From Myxococcota bacterium (GTDB lineage: Bacteria > Myxococcota_A > Polyangia > Polyangiales > Houyiibacteriaceae): a stretch of 64,000 nucleotides of DNA. The notes below the pieces were generated by a model that was given only the letters and a program-made list of their open reading frames with translations, had not been told where the DNA came from and ran no database searches. Location: positions 18,564 through 82,563 of the forward strand of contig JBCDFZ010000003.1 in NCBI GenBank assembly GCA_039177115.1, written 5' to 3'. A program made the translations under genes and the position numbers. Each line of letters starts with the position of its first letter. Position 1 is the stretch's first letter. Positions 17,470-25,231 of the stretch are shown here, one piece after another.

Positions 17470-19368
17470 ATGCACGGACAGGGTTTCTTTTTTCAAGCGT
17501 TCGTTTACCTATGCGCGGCAGTCATTGCGGTGCCCGTCGCAAAGCGACTCGGGCTCGGGTCGGTGCTCGGATACTTGCTCGCCGGCATGGCCATCGGCCC
17601 TTTTGCCCTCGGGCTGGTCGGCACCGAAGGCGAGGACGTGATGCACTTTGCCGAGTTCGGCGTGGTGATGATGCTCTTTTTGATTGGGCTCGAGCTTCGT
17701 CCGCCGCTTCTTTGGCGAATGCGCGGCCCCATTCTCGGTCTTGGCGGGCTCCAGGTCGCGTTGACCGCCGCCGCGCTCGCCGGGATTGGCATCGGTGTCG
17801 GCCTCACCACGGGAACGGCCATCGCGATAGGCATGATCCTGGCGCTTTCGTCTACGGCGATCGTCCTCCAGACGTTGGCTGAGAAGGGGCTACTCGACAC
17901 CGATGGAGGCCAGGGCGCGTTCTCGGTGCTGCTGTTCCAAGACATCGCCGTGATTCCAATGCTCGCGATCCTCCCGCTGCTCGGAGACGGCGCTCCGGAG
18001 GCCGACGCCGCACACGGCACCGCCTGGGTGGATGGCCTACCCGCCTGGGGACAAACCGTCGCCGTGCTTGGAGCGGTCGTCGCCATCGTCGTCGGAGGAC
18101 GCTACCTGATGCGGCCTCTTCTGCGCTTCATCGCGAAGACCCGTTTGCGCGAGATCTTCACTGCGGCCGCGCTTCTGCTCGTCATTGGCATTGCGCTCTT
18201 GATGGATCTCGTCGGGCTGAGCCCCGCCCTCGGGACCTTTCTCGCGGGCGTCGTGCTGGCCGAAAGCGAGTATCGCCACGAGCTCGAAGCCGACATCGAC
18301 CCTTTCAAGGGACTGCTTCTCGGCGTGTTTTTCATCGCGGTTGGAGCCTCGATCGACTTCTCGCTCATCGCGGCACGAGGCGGGATGATCGCCTCACTCG
18401 TCGCCGCCCTGGTGCTGATCAAGCTGCTGATCCTGTTCGGCTTGAGCCGGCTGTTTCGAATGGGAACCGACCAGGGGCTTCTGTTTTCGTTCAGCCTCGC
18501 CCAAGGCGGAGAGTTCGCTTTCGTGTTGTTCTCATTCGCAACCCAGCAGGGTGTGGTGCCCACCGACGTCAGCCGCCCGCTGATCGCGGCGGTCGCCATC
18601 TCGATGGCAATCACGCCACTACTCATGCTGCTCAACGAGAAGCTCCTCCAGCCGCGTTTCGGAACCAAGGAGCAGTCCGACCGCGAGCCAGACCGCATCG
18701 AGGAAACCAACCGCGTGATCATCGCGGGATTCGGACGTGTGGGTGGAGTCGTTGGTCGCTTCCTCAGGGCGCACAAGGTCGAGGCGACGGTACTGGAGTA
18801 CGACTCGGACCATGTCGAGGTCCTTCGCAAGATCGGCATCAAAGTGTTCTACGGTGACGCATGTCGGCTCGACCTCTTGAAGGCCGCCGGGGCAGACCGA
18901 GCCGACGCCGTCGTCATTGCGCTAGACGAGCACGACCGAGTGATGACGATGGTTCGAACGTGCCAGGAGCACTTCCCTCAGATGAAGATCATCGCGCGAG
19001 CGCGCGGACGCCTTCAGGCCTACGAGCTTCTCGACGCCGGAGTGACGCACGTGTACAGGGAGACGCTCGACACCTCGCTTCGTATGGGCGTCGACGTGCT
19101 GCGGTGCCTCGGGTTCCGCGCCTACCAGGCCGAACGCGCGTCTCGGACGTTTCGACGACACGACGAGGACTCGCTCGCTGCGCTCGGCAAGATGAGGTTC
19201 GATCAGAAGGACTACTTCAGCGCCGTCCGAGAACAGATCAACTACCTCGAGCAGACGCTCCAAGACGACCTCGGTTTCGACACCGCGCCGAGCGACGACG
19301 GCTGGGACTCTTCCACGCTCCGCACCGAAGCCCGCGAGCAGGATGCGGAGGAGACCGCCATAGGGTGA
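17470..19368 (+). CDS. kefB: Glutathione-regulated K+/H+ antiporter (CPA2) with a C-terminal TrkA-N/KTN domain
   Basis: 632 aa, 12-13 TM helices, then a Rossmann segment VIIAGFGRVGGVVGRFL. The kefG-kefB gene order matches E. coli. Confidence 0.85.
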   Translation: MHGQGFFFQAFVYLCAAVIAVPVAKRLGLGSVLGYLLAGMAIGPFALGLVGTEGEDVMHFAEFGVVMMLFLIGLELRPPLLWRMRGPILGLGGLQVALTAAALAGIGIGVGLTTGTAIAIGMILALSSTAIVLQTLAEKGLLDTDGGQGAFSVLLFQDIAVIPMLAILPLLGDGAPEADAAHGTAWVDGLPAWGQTVAVLGAVVAIVVGGRYLMRPLLRFIAKTRLREIFTAAALLLVIGIALLMDLVGLSPALGTFLAGVVLAESEYRHELEADIDPFKGLLLGVFFIAVGASIDFSLIAARGGMIASLVAALVLIKLLILFGLSRLFRMGTDQGLLFSFSLAQGGEFAFVLFSFATQQGVVPTDVSRPLIAAVAISMAITPLLMLLNEKLLQPRFGTKEQSDREPDRIEETNRVIIAGFGRVGGVVGRFLRAHKVEATVLEYDSDHVEVLRKIGIKVFYGDACRLDLLKAAGADRADAVVIALDEHDRVMTMVRTCQEHFPQMKIIARARGRLQAYELLDAGVTHVYRETLDTSLRMGVDVLRCLGFRAYQAERASRTFRRHDEDSLAALGKMRFDQKDYFSAVREQINYLEQTLQDDLGFDTAPSDDGWDSSTLRTEAREQDAEETAIG

Positions 19369-19583
19369 ACGAGCTCGGCAAAGGCAACAGCCACACGAGA
19401 CGAGACATTCCGTTCATGTTGGCGGGAAGCGCAGGCGGGCACTTCAAAACGGGCCGCCACATCGACTTCGGCGGCGAGCCACGTGGGAAGCTCTTGGTCT
19501 CGCTCACGCACGCTGTGGGCAAACCCGTGAGTACGTTCGTGGTGCCACGGTACAGCCAAAGACCGTTGAGCGGCCTGACCTGA
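19365..19583 (+). pseudogene. Remnant of the C-terminal ~72 codons of a DUF1552 gene, abutting the kefB stop
   Basis: The tail of ORF 18861..19583 reads VNELGKGNSHTRRDIPFMLAGSAGGHFKTGRHIDFGG...LLVSLTHAVGKP. It aligns by eye to the C-terminus of the intact DUF1552 gene (IPQMIAGRAGGAITPGLHIPG...). There is no N-terminal part. Its GTG overlaps the kefB TGA. Confidence 0.5.
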
Positions 19584-19592
19584 CCCGCGGAC

Positions 19593-19617
19593 GCCGAAAG
19601 CCGACCATTCGGCATTT
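19593..19617 (+). terminator. Weak hairpin terminator candidate
   Basis: GCCGAA (19593..19598) pairs with TTCGGC (19608..19613), 9-nt loop, followed only by ATTT. Confidence 0.3.
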
Positions 19618-19658
19618 GGCTCCTTTGATCAGCCGCGATTTCGTGGGATACCTGCGCG

Positions 19659-20528
19659 ATGGCCTTCCGAAACGCAGTCTTCGCAGGCGGAGGAAGCCGC
19701 TGTTTTTGGCAGCTAGGCTTCTGGGAGGGTGCGATCGACGCCGGCCTCGGACTGCGCGACTCGGTAAAGTTCTTTGGATCGACGAGCGCCGGTTGCGCCA
19801 TGACCACGGCAGCGATTCTCGACCGCTCGTTTGATGCGCTCGAGCTCTTCAAAGACATGACCGGGAAGAACCCGGCGAACATTCACTGGCAGAACCTTCA
19901 TCCGCGACGAAGGGCGCCTGTACTTCCCCACGCCCGCATGTATCGCGAGGCGCTTCGCGTCTTAATGCAGCCGGAAGATCTTCCCGAGCTCAAGCGAAGC
20001 ACGGTTCATTTCTTGATGAGTGGCTCACCGAGCTGGGTGCGGGGTCGTGCGAGTATGTTCCTCGGGTTTTCGATCTACGCGCTCGAACAGACCCTACTGA
20101 ACCCCATCCATCCTACTTGGCCGAAGCGCGCGGGGTACCGCCCGCTCGTCGGTCGGGTAGCCGACTGCAACACGCTCGATGAGCTGGTAGAGCTGATTCT
20201 TGCCGCGTCTTGCATTCCCCCGGTGCTTCCGGGTGGCCGACATCGCGACGAACCGGTTCTCGACGGTGGCCTGATCGACAACGTTCCGATTGAGCTCGCG
20301 GACGACCAGCCCGGCGATACGCTCGTCTTGATGAGTCAGCGGTACGAGAACACGCCTCGGAAACGACCGGGCATGACGTACGTCCAACCCTCGAAAACGA
20401 TCAAAATCGACAAGTTCGACTACGCCAACCCCGACGGCCTTCAAGAGACCTTCGAGCTCGGTTTGCACGACGGAGCTCGGTTCGCCGAACAGGTGCGCGA
20501 ACCCTACGAAGAAACGCACGCGCCGTAA
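19659..20528 (+). CDS. Patatin-like phospholipase
   Basis: Oxyanion motif GGGSRC, nucleophile elbow STSAG (GxSxG variant), catalytic Asp in VLDGGLIDNVP. Confidence 0.8.
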   Translation: MAFRNAVFAGGGSRCFWQLGFWEGAIDAGLGLRDSVKFFGSTSAGCAMTTAAILDRSFDALELFKDMTGKNPANIHWQNLHPRRRAPVLPHARMYREALRVLMQPEDLPELKRSTVHFLMSGSPSWVRGRASMFLGFSIYALEQTLLNPIHPTWPKRAGYRPLVGRVADCNTLDELVELILAASCIPPVLPGGRHRDEPVLDGGLIDNVPIELADDQPGDTLVLMSQRYENTPRKRPGMTYVQPSKTIKIDKFDYANPDGLQETFELGLHDGARFAEQVREPYEETHAP

Positions 20529-20538
20529 TCTCGAGCGT

Positions 20539-20557
20539 TGTGAGGGGGCTCACTTTT
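20539..20557 (+). terminator. Rho-independent terminator after the patatin gene
   Basis: GTGAG-GGGG-CTCAC hairpin followed by TTTTT. Confidence 0.5.
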
Positions 20558-20597
20558 TCGAGCCAACCGTACTTCCTATAGTGTTTCTAGGGCTTAC

Positions 20598-21866
20598 ATG
20601 GGTTGGCTTAGCAAAGAGGTCCCAATCCCAGGGACCAGCTCGCGTCCGCGCATGGGGAAACTGGACCGGTGGTTTCTGCACGTCGTGCCGAGGGAGCTCC
20701 TCGACAACGACCTCCGTTCGCGGTCGCGCATACAGCTGATCCTTCGTTACACGTTCGTCGGGTTCGTACTGACGCTCGTATTCTTCCCGTACTCGGTCTT
20801 CTATCTGAAGATCCCGTACACGGCATGGACCAATAGCCTGTACGCGCTCAGCCTACTCGCGACGCCGCTCGTGCTTCGCCGGACACGGTCGGTGGGCGCG
20901 GCAGCGCACTGGACGCTCGCGTGCGCTTTCGCGGTGCTCGTGTTCCAAAGCGTGCTGCTCGGCGGAATCGCTGCGATGGCGTACCCCTGGCTCGCCATCT
21001 TGCCGCTCGCAGGAATGCTCCTTTTGGGGACCGTTGGCGGCTTGTTTTGGACGGGACTGTCCGTGGTTTCGATGATTGCGATCGGGGTGGCGCACGGCCA
21101 AGGTTGGCTCCCGAACGCCGAGGTTCCGAAGATCACCGTGCTCGACTCGAGCCTGCTGTCGTTCGTCGGGCTCGCCGTGACCCTCGGGACGCTCGGCTGG
21201 CTCTTCGAGACGCGGGCAAACGCCTTGCTACTGCACCTCGATAAGCAGCGGAAGACCTACCACGACCTCTCGGTTCGCGACGTGCTCACTGGCCTCGCAA
21301 ACCGAGCTCTCCTTTCGGAGTGCATCATCCAGAGCTGGGAGCGCTGTCGACGGAACGGGCCGCATGGGGCCCTCTTCTTCATCGACCTCAACCAGTTCAA
21401 GTCAGTCAACGACAAGTACGGTCATCTAGCCGGCGATCAGGTACTCCGTGAGGTCGCCCTCCGACTCAAGGATGTCCTTCGACGCTCCGACATTGCGGGC
21501 CGCATCGGCGGCGACGAGTTTGCGCTCGTGATCGAGGGGATCGAGAACCGCTCCGATGTAGCCGCTCTCGCGGACAAAGTGGCCTCTGCACTCGAAGTCC
21601 CGATCGAGCTCGATGGCGCGACGGTCAGAGTAGGCGCGAGCATCGGGATTGCGCTTTACCCGGACCACCGGTGCGAGCTCGCGGGGATGTCATCCCCCGA
21701 TACGACCGAGAACACCGGAATTCGGTACAAGGTCGGCCACGAAACGGTGCGAAAGCTCCTTCAGCAGGCGGACACTGCCATGTACACCGCCAAGCGGCAG
21801 GGCCGGCGCTATTGGATTCACGGCGACCGCACGTCAGGTGAGCACCGCATGCTCGAGCTCGCATAG
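20598..21866 (+). CDS. Membrane-bound diguanylate cyclase (GGDEF domain)
   Basis: About 5-6 N-terminal TM helices. Active site RIGGDEFALV, with an RxxD I-site (RRSD) five residues upstream. Confidence 0.85.
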   Translation: MGWLSKEVPIPGTSSRPRMGKLDRWFLHVVPRELLDNDLRSRSRIQLILRYTFVGFVLTLVFFPYSVFYLKIPYTAWTNSLYALSLLATPLVLRRTRSVGAAAHWTLACAFAVLVFQSVLLGGIAAMAYPWLAILPLAGMLLLGTVGGLFWTGLSVVSMIAIGVAHGQGWLPNAEVPKITVLDSSLLSFVGLAVTLGTLGWLFETRANALLLHLDKQRKTYHDLSVRDVLTGLANRALLSECIIQSWERCRRNGPHGALFFIDLNQFKSVNDKYGHLAGDQVLREVALRLKDVLRRSDIAGRIGGDEFALVIEGIENRSDVAALADKVASALEVPIELDGATVRVGASIGIALYPDHRCELAGMSSPDTTENTGIRYKVGHETVRKLLQQADTAMYTAKRQGRRYWIHGDRTSGEHRMLELA

Positions 21867-21916
21867 TACGGCTCGCCGCACTATAGATTGCGGGAACCCC
21901 CAACGACCGGAAACCC

Positions 21917-22687
21917 ATGCTTGGCTTCACGAAGAAGCGCCGACGCGAACTGATGGCGCAACCTCTGCCGCCCGAATGGCTTGCGATCGTGCACGAAAAC
22001 GTGCCTTACGTCAGCAAGCTCCCCGGGGAGGACCAGAAGGAGCTCCAAGGGTTGATGCAGGTGTTCCTCGACGAGAAGAAGTTCGAAGGGTGTGACGGCC
22101 TCGAGATTACCGACGAGATCCGAGTGACCATCGCAGCGCAGGCCTGCGTGCTGCTCCTTCACCGCGAAACCAACTTCTACCCGAAGCTGCAGTCGATTCT
22201 GGTCTATCCCCACGCCTACGTGGCGAAGGGTGTGCGGGCAACCGACCGCAACGTCATGACGGAAGGGCCGCAGGCGAGGCTCGGGGAGTCGTGGGGACAC
22301 GGAAGCGTCGTTCTTTCGTGGGACGACGTCGTACGAGGCGCATCCGACGTTCGCGATGGGCACAACGTGGTGTTCCACGAGTTCGCGCACCAGCTCGACC
22401 AAGAGAACTCGGTCGGACCAGGAGCACCGACGCTCGCTCGTCGGTCGATGTACCTCGCCTGGGCGCGCGTTCTCGGCCACGAGTACGAAGCACTGCTCGA
22501 CGACCTCGAACACCACCGGCGCACGCTCATCGACCCATACGGCGCGACCAACGCGGCGGAGTTCTTCGCGGTTGTCAGCGAGCTGTTTTTCGAGAAACCG
22601 AAGCAGCTCGAGAAGAAGCACCCGGAACTCTATGCACAGCTACGCGGGTTCTACCAGCAGGACCCGGCGTCGATTCGTCAGAGCTGA
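21917..22687 (+). CDS. mtfA: MtfA-like zinc peptidase (M90 family)
   Basis: HEFAHQLD zinc motif. About 250 aa with a typical MtfA N-terminus (LPPEWLAIVHENVPYVSKLPGEDQKEL). Confidence 0.75.
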   Translation: MLGFTKKRRRELMAQPLPPEWLAIVHENVPYVSKLPGEDQKELQGLMQVFLDEKKFEGCDGLEITDEIRVTIAAQACVLLLHRETNFYPKLQSILVYPHAYVAKGVRATDRNVMTEGPQARLGESWGHGSVVLSWDDVVRGASDVRDGHNVVFHEFAHQLDQENSVGPGAPTLARRSMYLAWARVLGHEYEALLDDLEHHRRTLIDPYGATNAAEFFAVVSELFFEKPKQLEKKHPELYAQLRGFYQQDPASIRQS

Positions 22688-24048
22688 AACCCGTCGATCA
22701 CACCGACGGCGACGGCGAGCTTGATCCTCGAGTCGTTGTACTTGGCGAGGGCCTGAACGTACTGGTTTCTTGCAGTGGCCAGCGACGTCTGCGCGGCAAC
22801 GAGCTCGAGGTTGTCGCTAACCCCGTTGAAAAAACGGTCGCGCGAGAGTTTCAGCGAAAGCTCTGAGACCTTGACTCGCTCTGCGGTCGCAACCACCTCC
22901 TGGGCGGCGAAGATAATCGACTGGATTGCGCTCCGAACCTGCTCGTCGGCGTCTTCCTTGAGCTGTTCCAGAATCTGCTCCGCCTCGGCCTGGCGGCTTC
23001 GAGCGGCCTTGATGTTCCCGATGGTTTGGCCGCCGTCATAAAGCGGCACCGAAAGCACGCCGCCAATCAGATAGGTTCCGTTGACGTTTCGCGCGATAGT
23101 GTCTCCGCTGCCACCGTAGTTGACGCCGAAACCGAGTGACGGCACCTGCTGCCCGATGGCCGCCCGAAGCTTGTACCCAGCAACACGAATGGTCTCCTCG
23201 GAGAACTTGATGTCGGGCCGGTTGGTCTCGGCGCTCTTGACGGCCTCGTCGATGAGAGGAAGTTGGACGACACGATCTTGAAGGGGCGTCGTCAGTCGAA
23301 TCGGCGTGGACTGCGGGATCTGCAGGAGCGCCTTGAGCTGGTTCGTCGATACCAAGAGAGCGGTCTGGGCTTGAAGAAGACGGGTTTCGCTCGCAAGCGC
23401 CCGCGACTCTGCGCGCGCTTTGTCTAGTGCCGTTGCAACGCCGGAGTCGAACGCCACGCTGGTGTCTTTCTCGAGCTCCTTCGCCAAAGCCAGGTCTGCC
23501 GCAAACGCCTCGACCGAACCTCGAGCTTCCAAAACCTGAACGTACGTCTCTCCGACCTTCTGAAAGACGAGGTGCTGCGAGAGCACGTACTTCACCTCAG
23601 CGCGCTCGAGCGTGGCCTTCCCGGCTTGGGCGGCCCCGATGGCAGTGAGGCTGAAGATGGTCTGAGTCGCCGTGAGGCGCGCGTCAAACGTGTTGAATGG
23701 GCCAAAGACGCTGTTTCCGAGATCGAAATCGCTGGGATCGAGCCCGACGGACACCAGGTTCGCCGTGCGCCGCGTCTGCTGAACGGAGCCCGAGACGTTG
23801 GGCAGCAGTCCGGATAGGCTCTCGAGGCGCTCACCTTTCGCGGTCTCGATTCCTTGGCGCGACACCGCGGTGCGAACGTTTCGCTCGATGCCGAGCTGAA
23901 TCGCCTTCTCGAAGCTCAGGGGTATGGTTTCGACGACTGGAATCTCGACGACTTCGACCGCGATGTCCTGCGCCGACGCGCCGTGGGCGAGCAGCGCGAG
24001 TGCAACGACGAGGGTCGCCAACGGTGGCCGCGACGGGCATTTCAGCAC
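22678..24048 (-). CDS. TolC-family outer membrane efflux protein
   Basis: ORF 22678..24270(-), trimmed to GTG 24048. This gives the signal peptide (M)LKCPSRPPLATLVVALALLAHGASAQ. GACTAT sits 6 nt upstream. Two-repeat OEP architecture. Divergent from the adaptor and pump genes. Confidence 0.75.
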   Translation of the reverse strand: MLKCPSRPPLATLVVALALLAHGASAQDIAVEVVEIPVVETIPLSFEKAIQLGIERNVRTAVSRQGIETAKGERLESLSGLLPNVSGSVQQTRRTANLVSVGLDPSDFDLGNSVFGPFNTFDARLTATQTIFSLTAIGAAQAGKATLERAEVKYVLSQHLVFQKVGETYVQVLEARGSVEAFAADLALAKELEKDTSVAFDSGVATALDKARAESRALASETRLLQAQTALLVSTNQLKALLQIPQSTPIRLTTPLQDRVVQLPLIDEAVKSAETNRPDIKFSEETIRVAGYKLRAAIGQQVPSLGFGVNYGGSGDTIARNVNGTYLIGGVLSVPLYDGGQTIGNIKAARSRQAEAEQILEQLKEDADEQVRSAIQSIIFAAQEVVATAERVKVSELSLKLSRDRFFNGVSDNLELVAAQTSLATARNQYVQALAKYNDSRIKLAVAVGVIDGFQL

Positions 24049-24072
24049 GGTCCGATAGTCCCCCAATGTCGC

Positions 24073-24092
24073 TTTTTCGGCGATTTTTCGGC
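24073..24092. repeat. Tandem direct repeat TTTTTCGGC-ga-TTTTTCGGC (11-bp phase) in the divergent efflux promoter region
   Basis: Read directly at 24073..24081 and 24084..24092. It abuts the TAAGCT hexamer (24093..24098), which lies 7 nt upstream of the adaptor GTG. Confidence 0.5.
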
Positions 24093-24105
24093 TAAGCTCC
24101 AACCC

Positions 24106-25230
24106 GTGAAACGACGTCTGATCGTGATGGGCATCGCCCTCGGGGTCGTCTTCGGGGGGCTCCTCGGGTGGAACCTCCTGAGGGGCAAGCTCCGTCAGGA
24201 CTATCTGAAGAAGCATCAGCCAGGGCCCACGGCGGTTTCGGTCACGGCCGTGACAACCAAGCCCTACCAACCGACGCTCTCCGCAGTGGGGACGCTGAAG
24301 GCCGCCGAGCAGGTGGACGTCACCTCACAAGCCGGCGGCAAGGTCACGAAGATCTTGTTCAAAGATGGGCAGAACGTTGACGAGGGTGACCTCTTGGCTG
24401 TTCTCGATGACGAGGCGCAGCGGTCGCAGCTGGCCGGTGCCGTCGCGCAACGCGACGAAGCTGCCGATGCGGTTCGCCGCTACAAGCCGTTGCTCGAGGA
24501 AGGCGCTATCTCGCAGCTGAAGTACGACCAGCTCACGGCCACCTACAAGGAGGCGAACGCGCAGGTCGGTGAGGCGAAGGCGGCGCTCTCCTACGTCCGT
24601 GTGACGGCACCGTTCGCTGGCCGCGTCGGGATCCGCCAGGTGAACCTCGGAGAGATGGTCCGGGCGGGCCAGAACATCGTCACACTCGATACGCAAGGCG
24701 GGCTCTACTGCGACTTTTCACTGCCAGAGTCCGACCGCGAACGAGTTGCGGTGGGACAGGTCGTCACGCTGACCACCGACGTCGTCCCCGGCAAGACGTT
24801 TTCGGGTTCTGTGACGGCAATCGACCCTGAGATCGACACATCCACGAGGAACTTCGGCGTACGCGCTACGTTCCCCGATGAGGAAACCGCGCTGACTCCG
24901 GGCTCTTTCGCAAACCTGGCGCTCGACGTCGGCCAGCCGGAAGACGTGCTCATGATCCCGAGGACCGCGATCGCGTACTCGCTCTACGGCGACACGGTGT
25001 ACGTACTCCAGGAGTCGACGAAAACCGAGCGCGACAAGGTCACCGCGTATCAGGTGAAGAAGACGACGGTGACCCTCGGCGCCCAGCAGGCCGACGACGT
25101 CATCGTCGACAAAGGACTCGAAGCCGGAGAGCTGATTGTCACGAGCGGGCAGCTCCGCCTCGAAGACGGCGACTGGGTGACGCCCAAGCAGAACGACCTG
25201 GAGCCTCCGAAGACGCTTCCGCTGGAGTGA
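24106..25230 (+). CDS. RND efflux periplasmic adaptor (membrane fusion protein)
   Basis: ORF 23854..25230, trimmed to GTG 24106 (VKRRLIVMGIALGVVFGGLLGW). Lipoyl/HlyD-type motifs (VDVTSQAGGKVTKILFKDGQNVDEGDLLAVLDD). Confidence 0.85.
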   Translation: MKRRLIVMGIALGVVFGGLLGWNLLRGKLRQDYLKKHQPGPTAVSVTAVTTKPYQPTLSAVGTLKAAEQVDVTSQAGGKVTKILFKDGQNVDEGDLLAVLDDEAQRSQLAGAVAQRDEAADAVRRYKPLLEEGAISQLKYDQLTATYKEANAQVGEAKAALSYVRVTAPFAGRVGIRQVNLGEMVRAGQNIVTLDTQGGLYCDFSLPESDRERVAVGQVVTLTTDVVPGKTFSGSVTAIDPEIDTSTRNFGVRATFPDEETALTPGSFANLALDVGQPEDVLMIPRTAIAYSLYGDTVYVLQESTKTERDKVTAYQVKKTTVTLGAQQADDVIVDKGLEAGELIVTSGQLRLEDGDWVTPKQNDLEPPKTLPLE

Positions 25231-25231
25231 C

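Noticed and set aside
19659-21866. Patatin phospholipase next to a GGDEF cyclase, considered as a CBASS-like nucleotide-signal / effector defence pair
   Set aside because: There is no CD-NTase-type cyclase. The GGDEF protein is an ordinary membrane sensor type with an I-site. A hairpin and T5 terminator (20539..20557) separates the two genes. The adjacency is probably coincidental.
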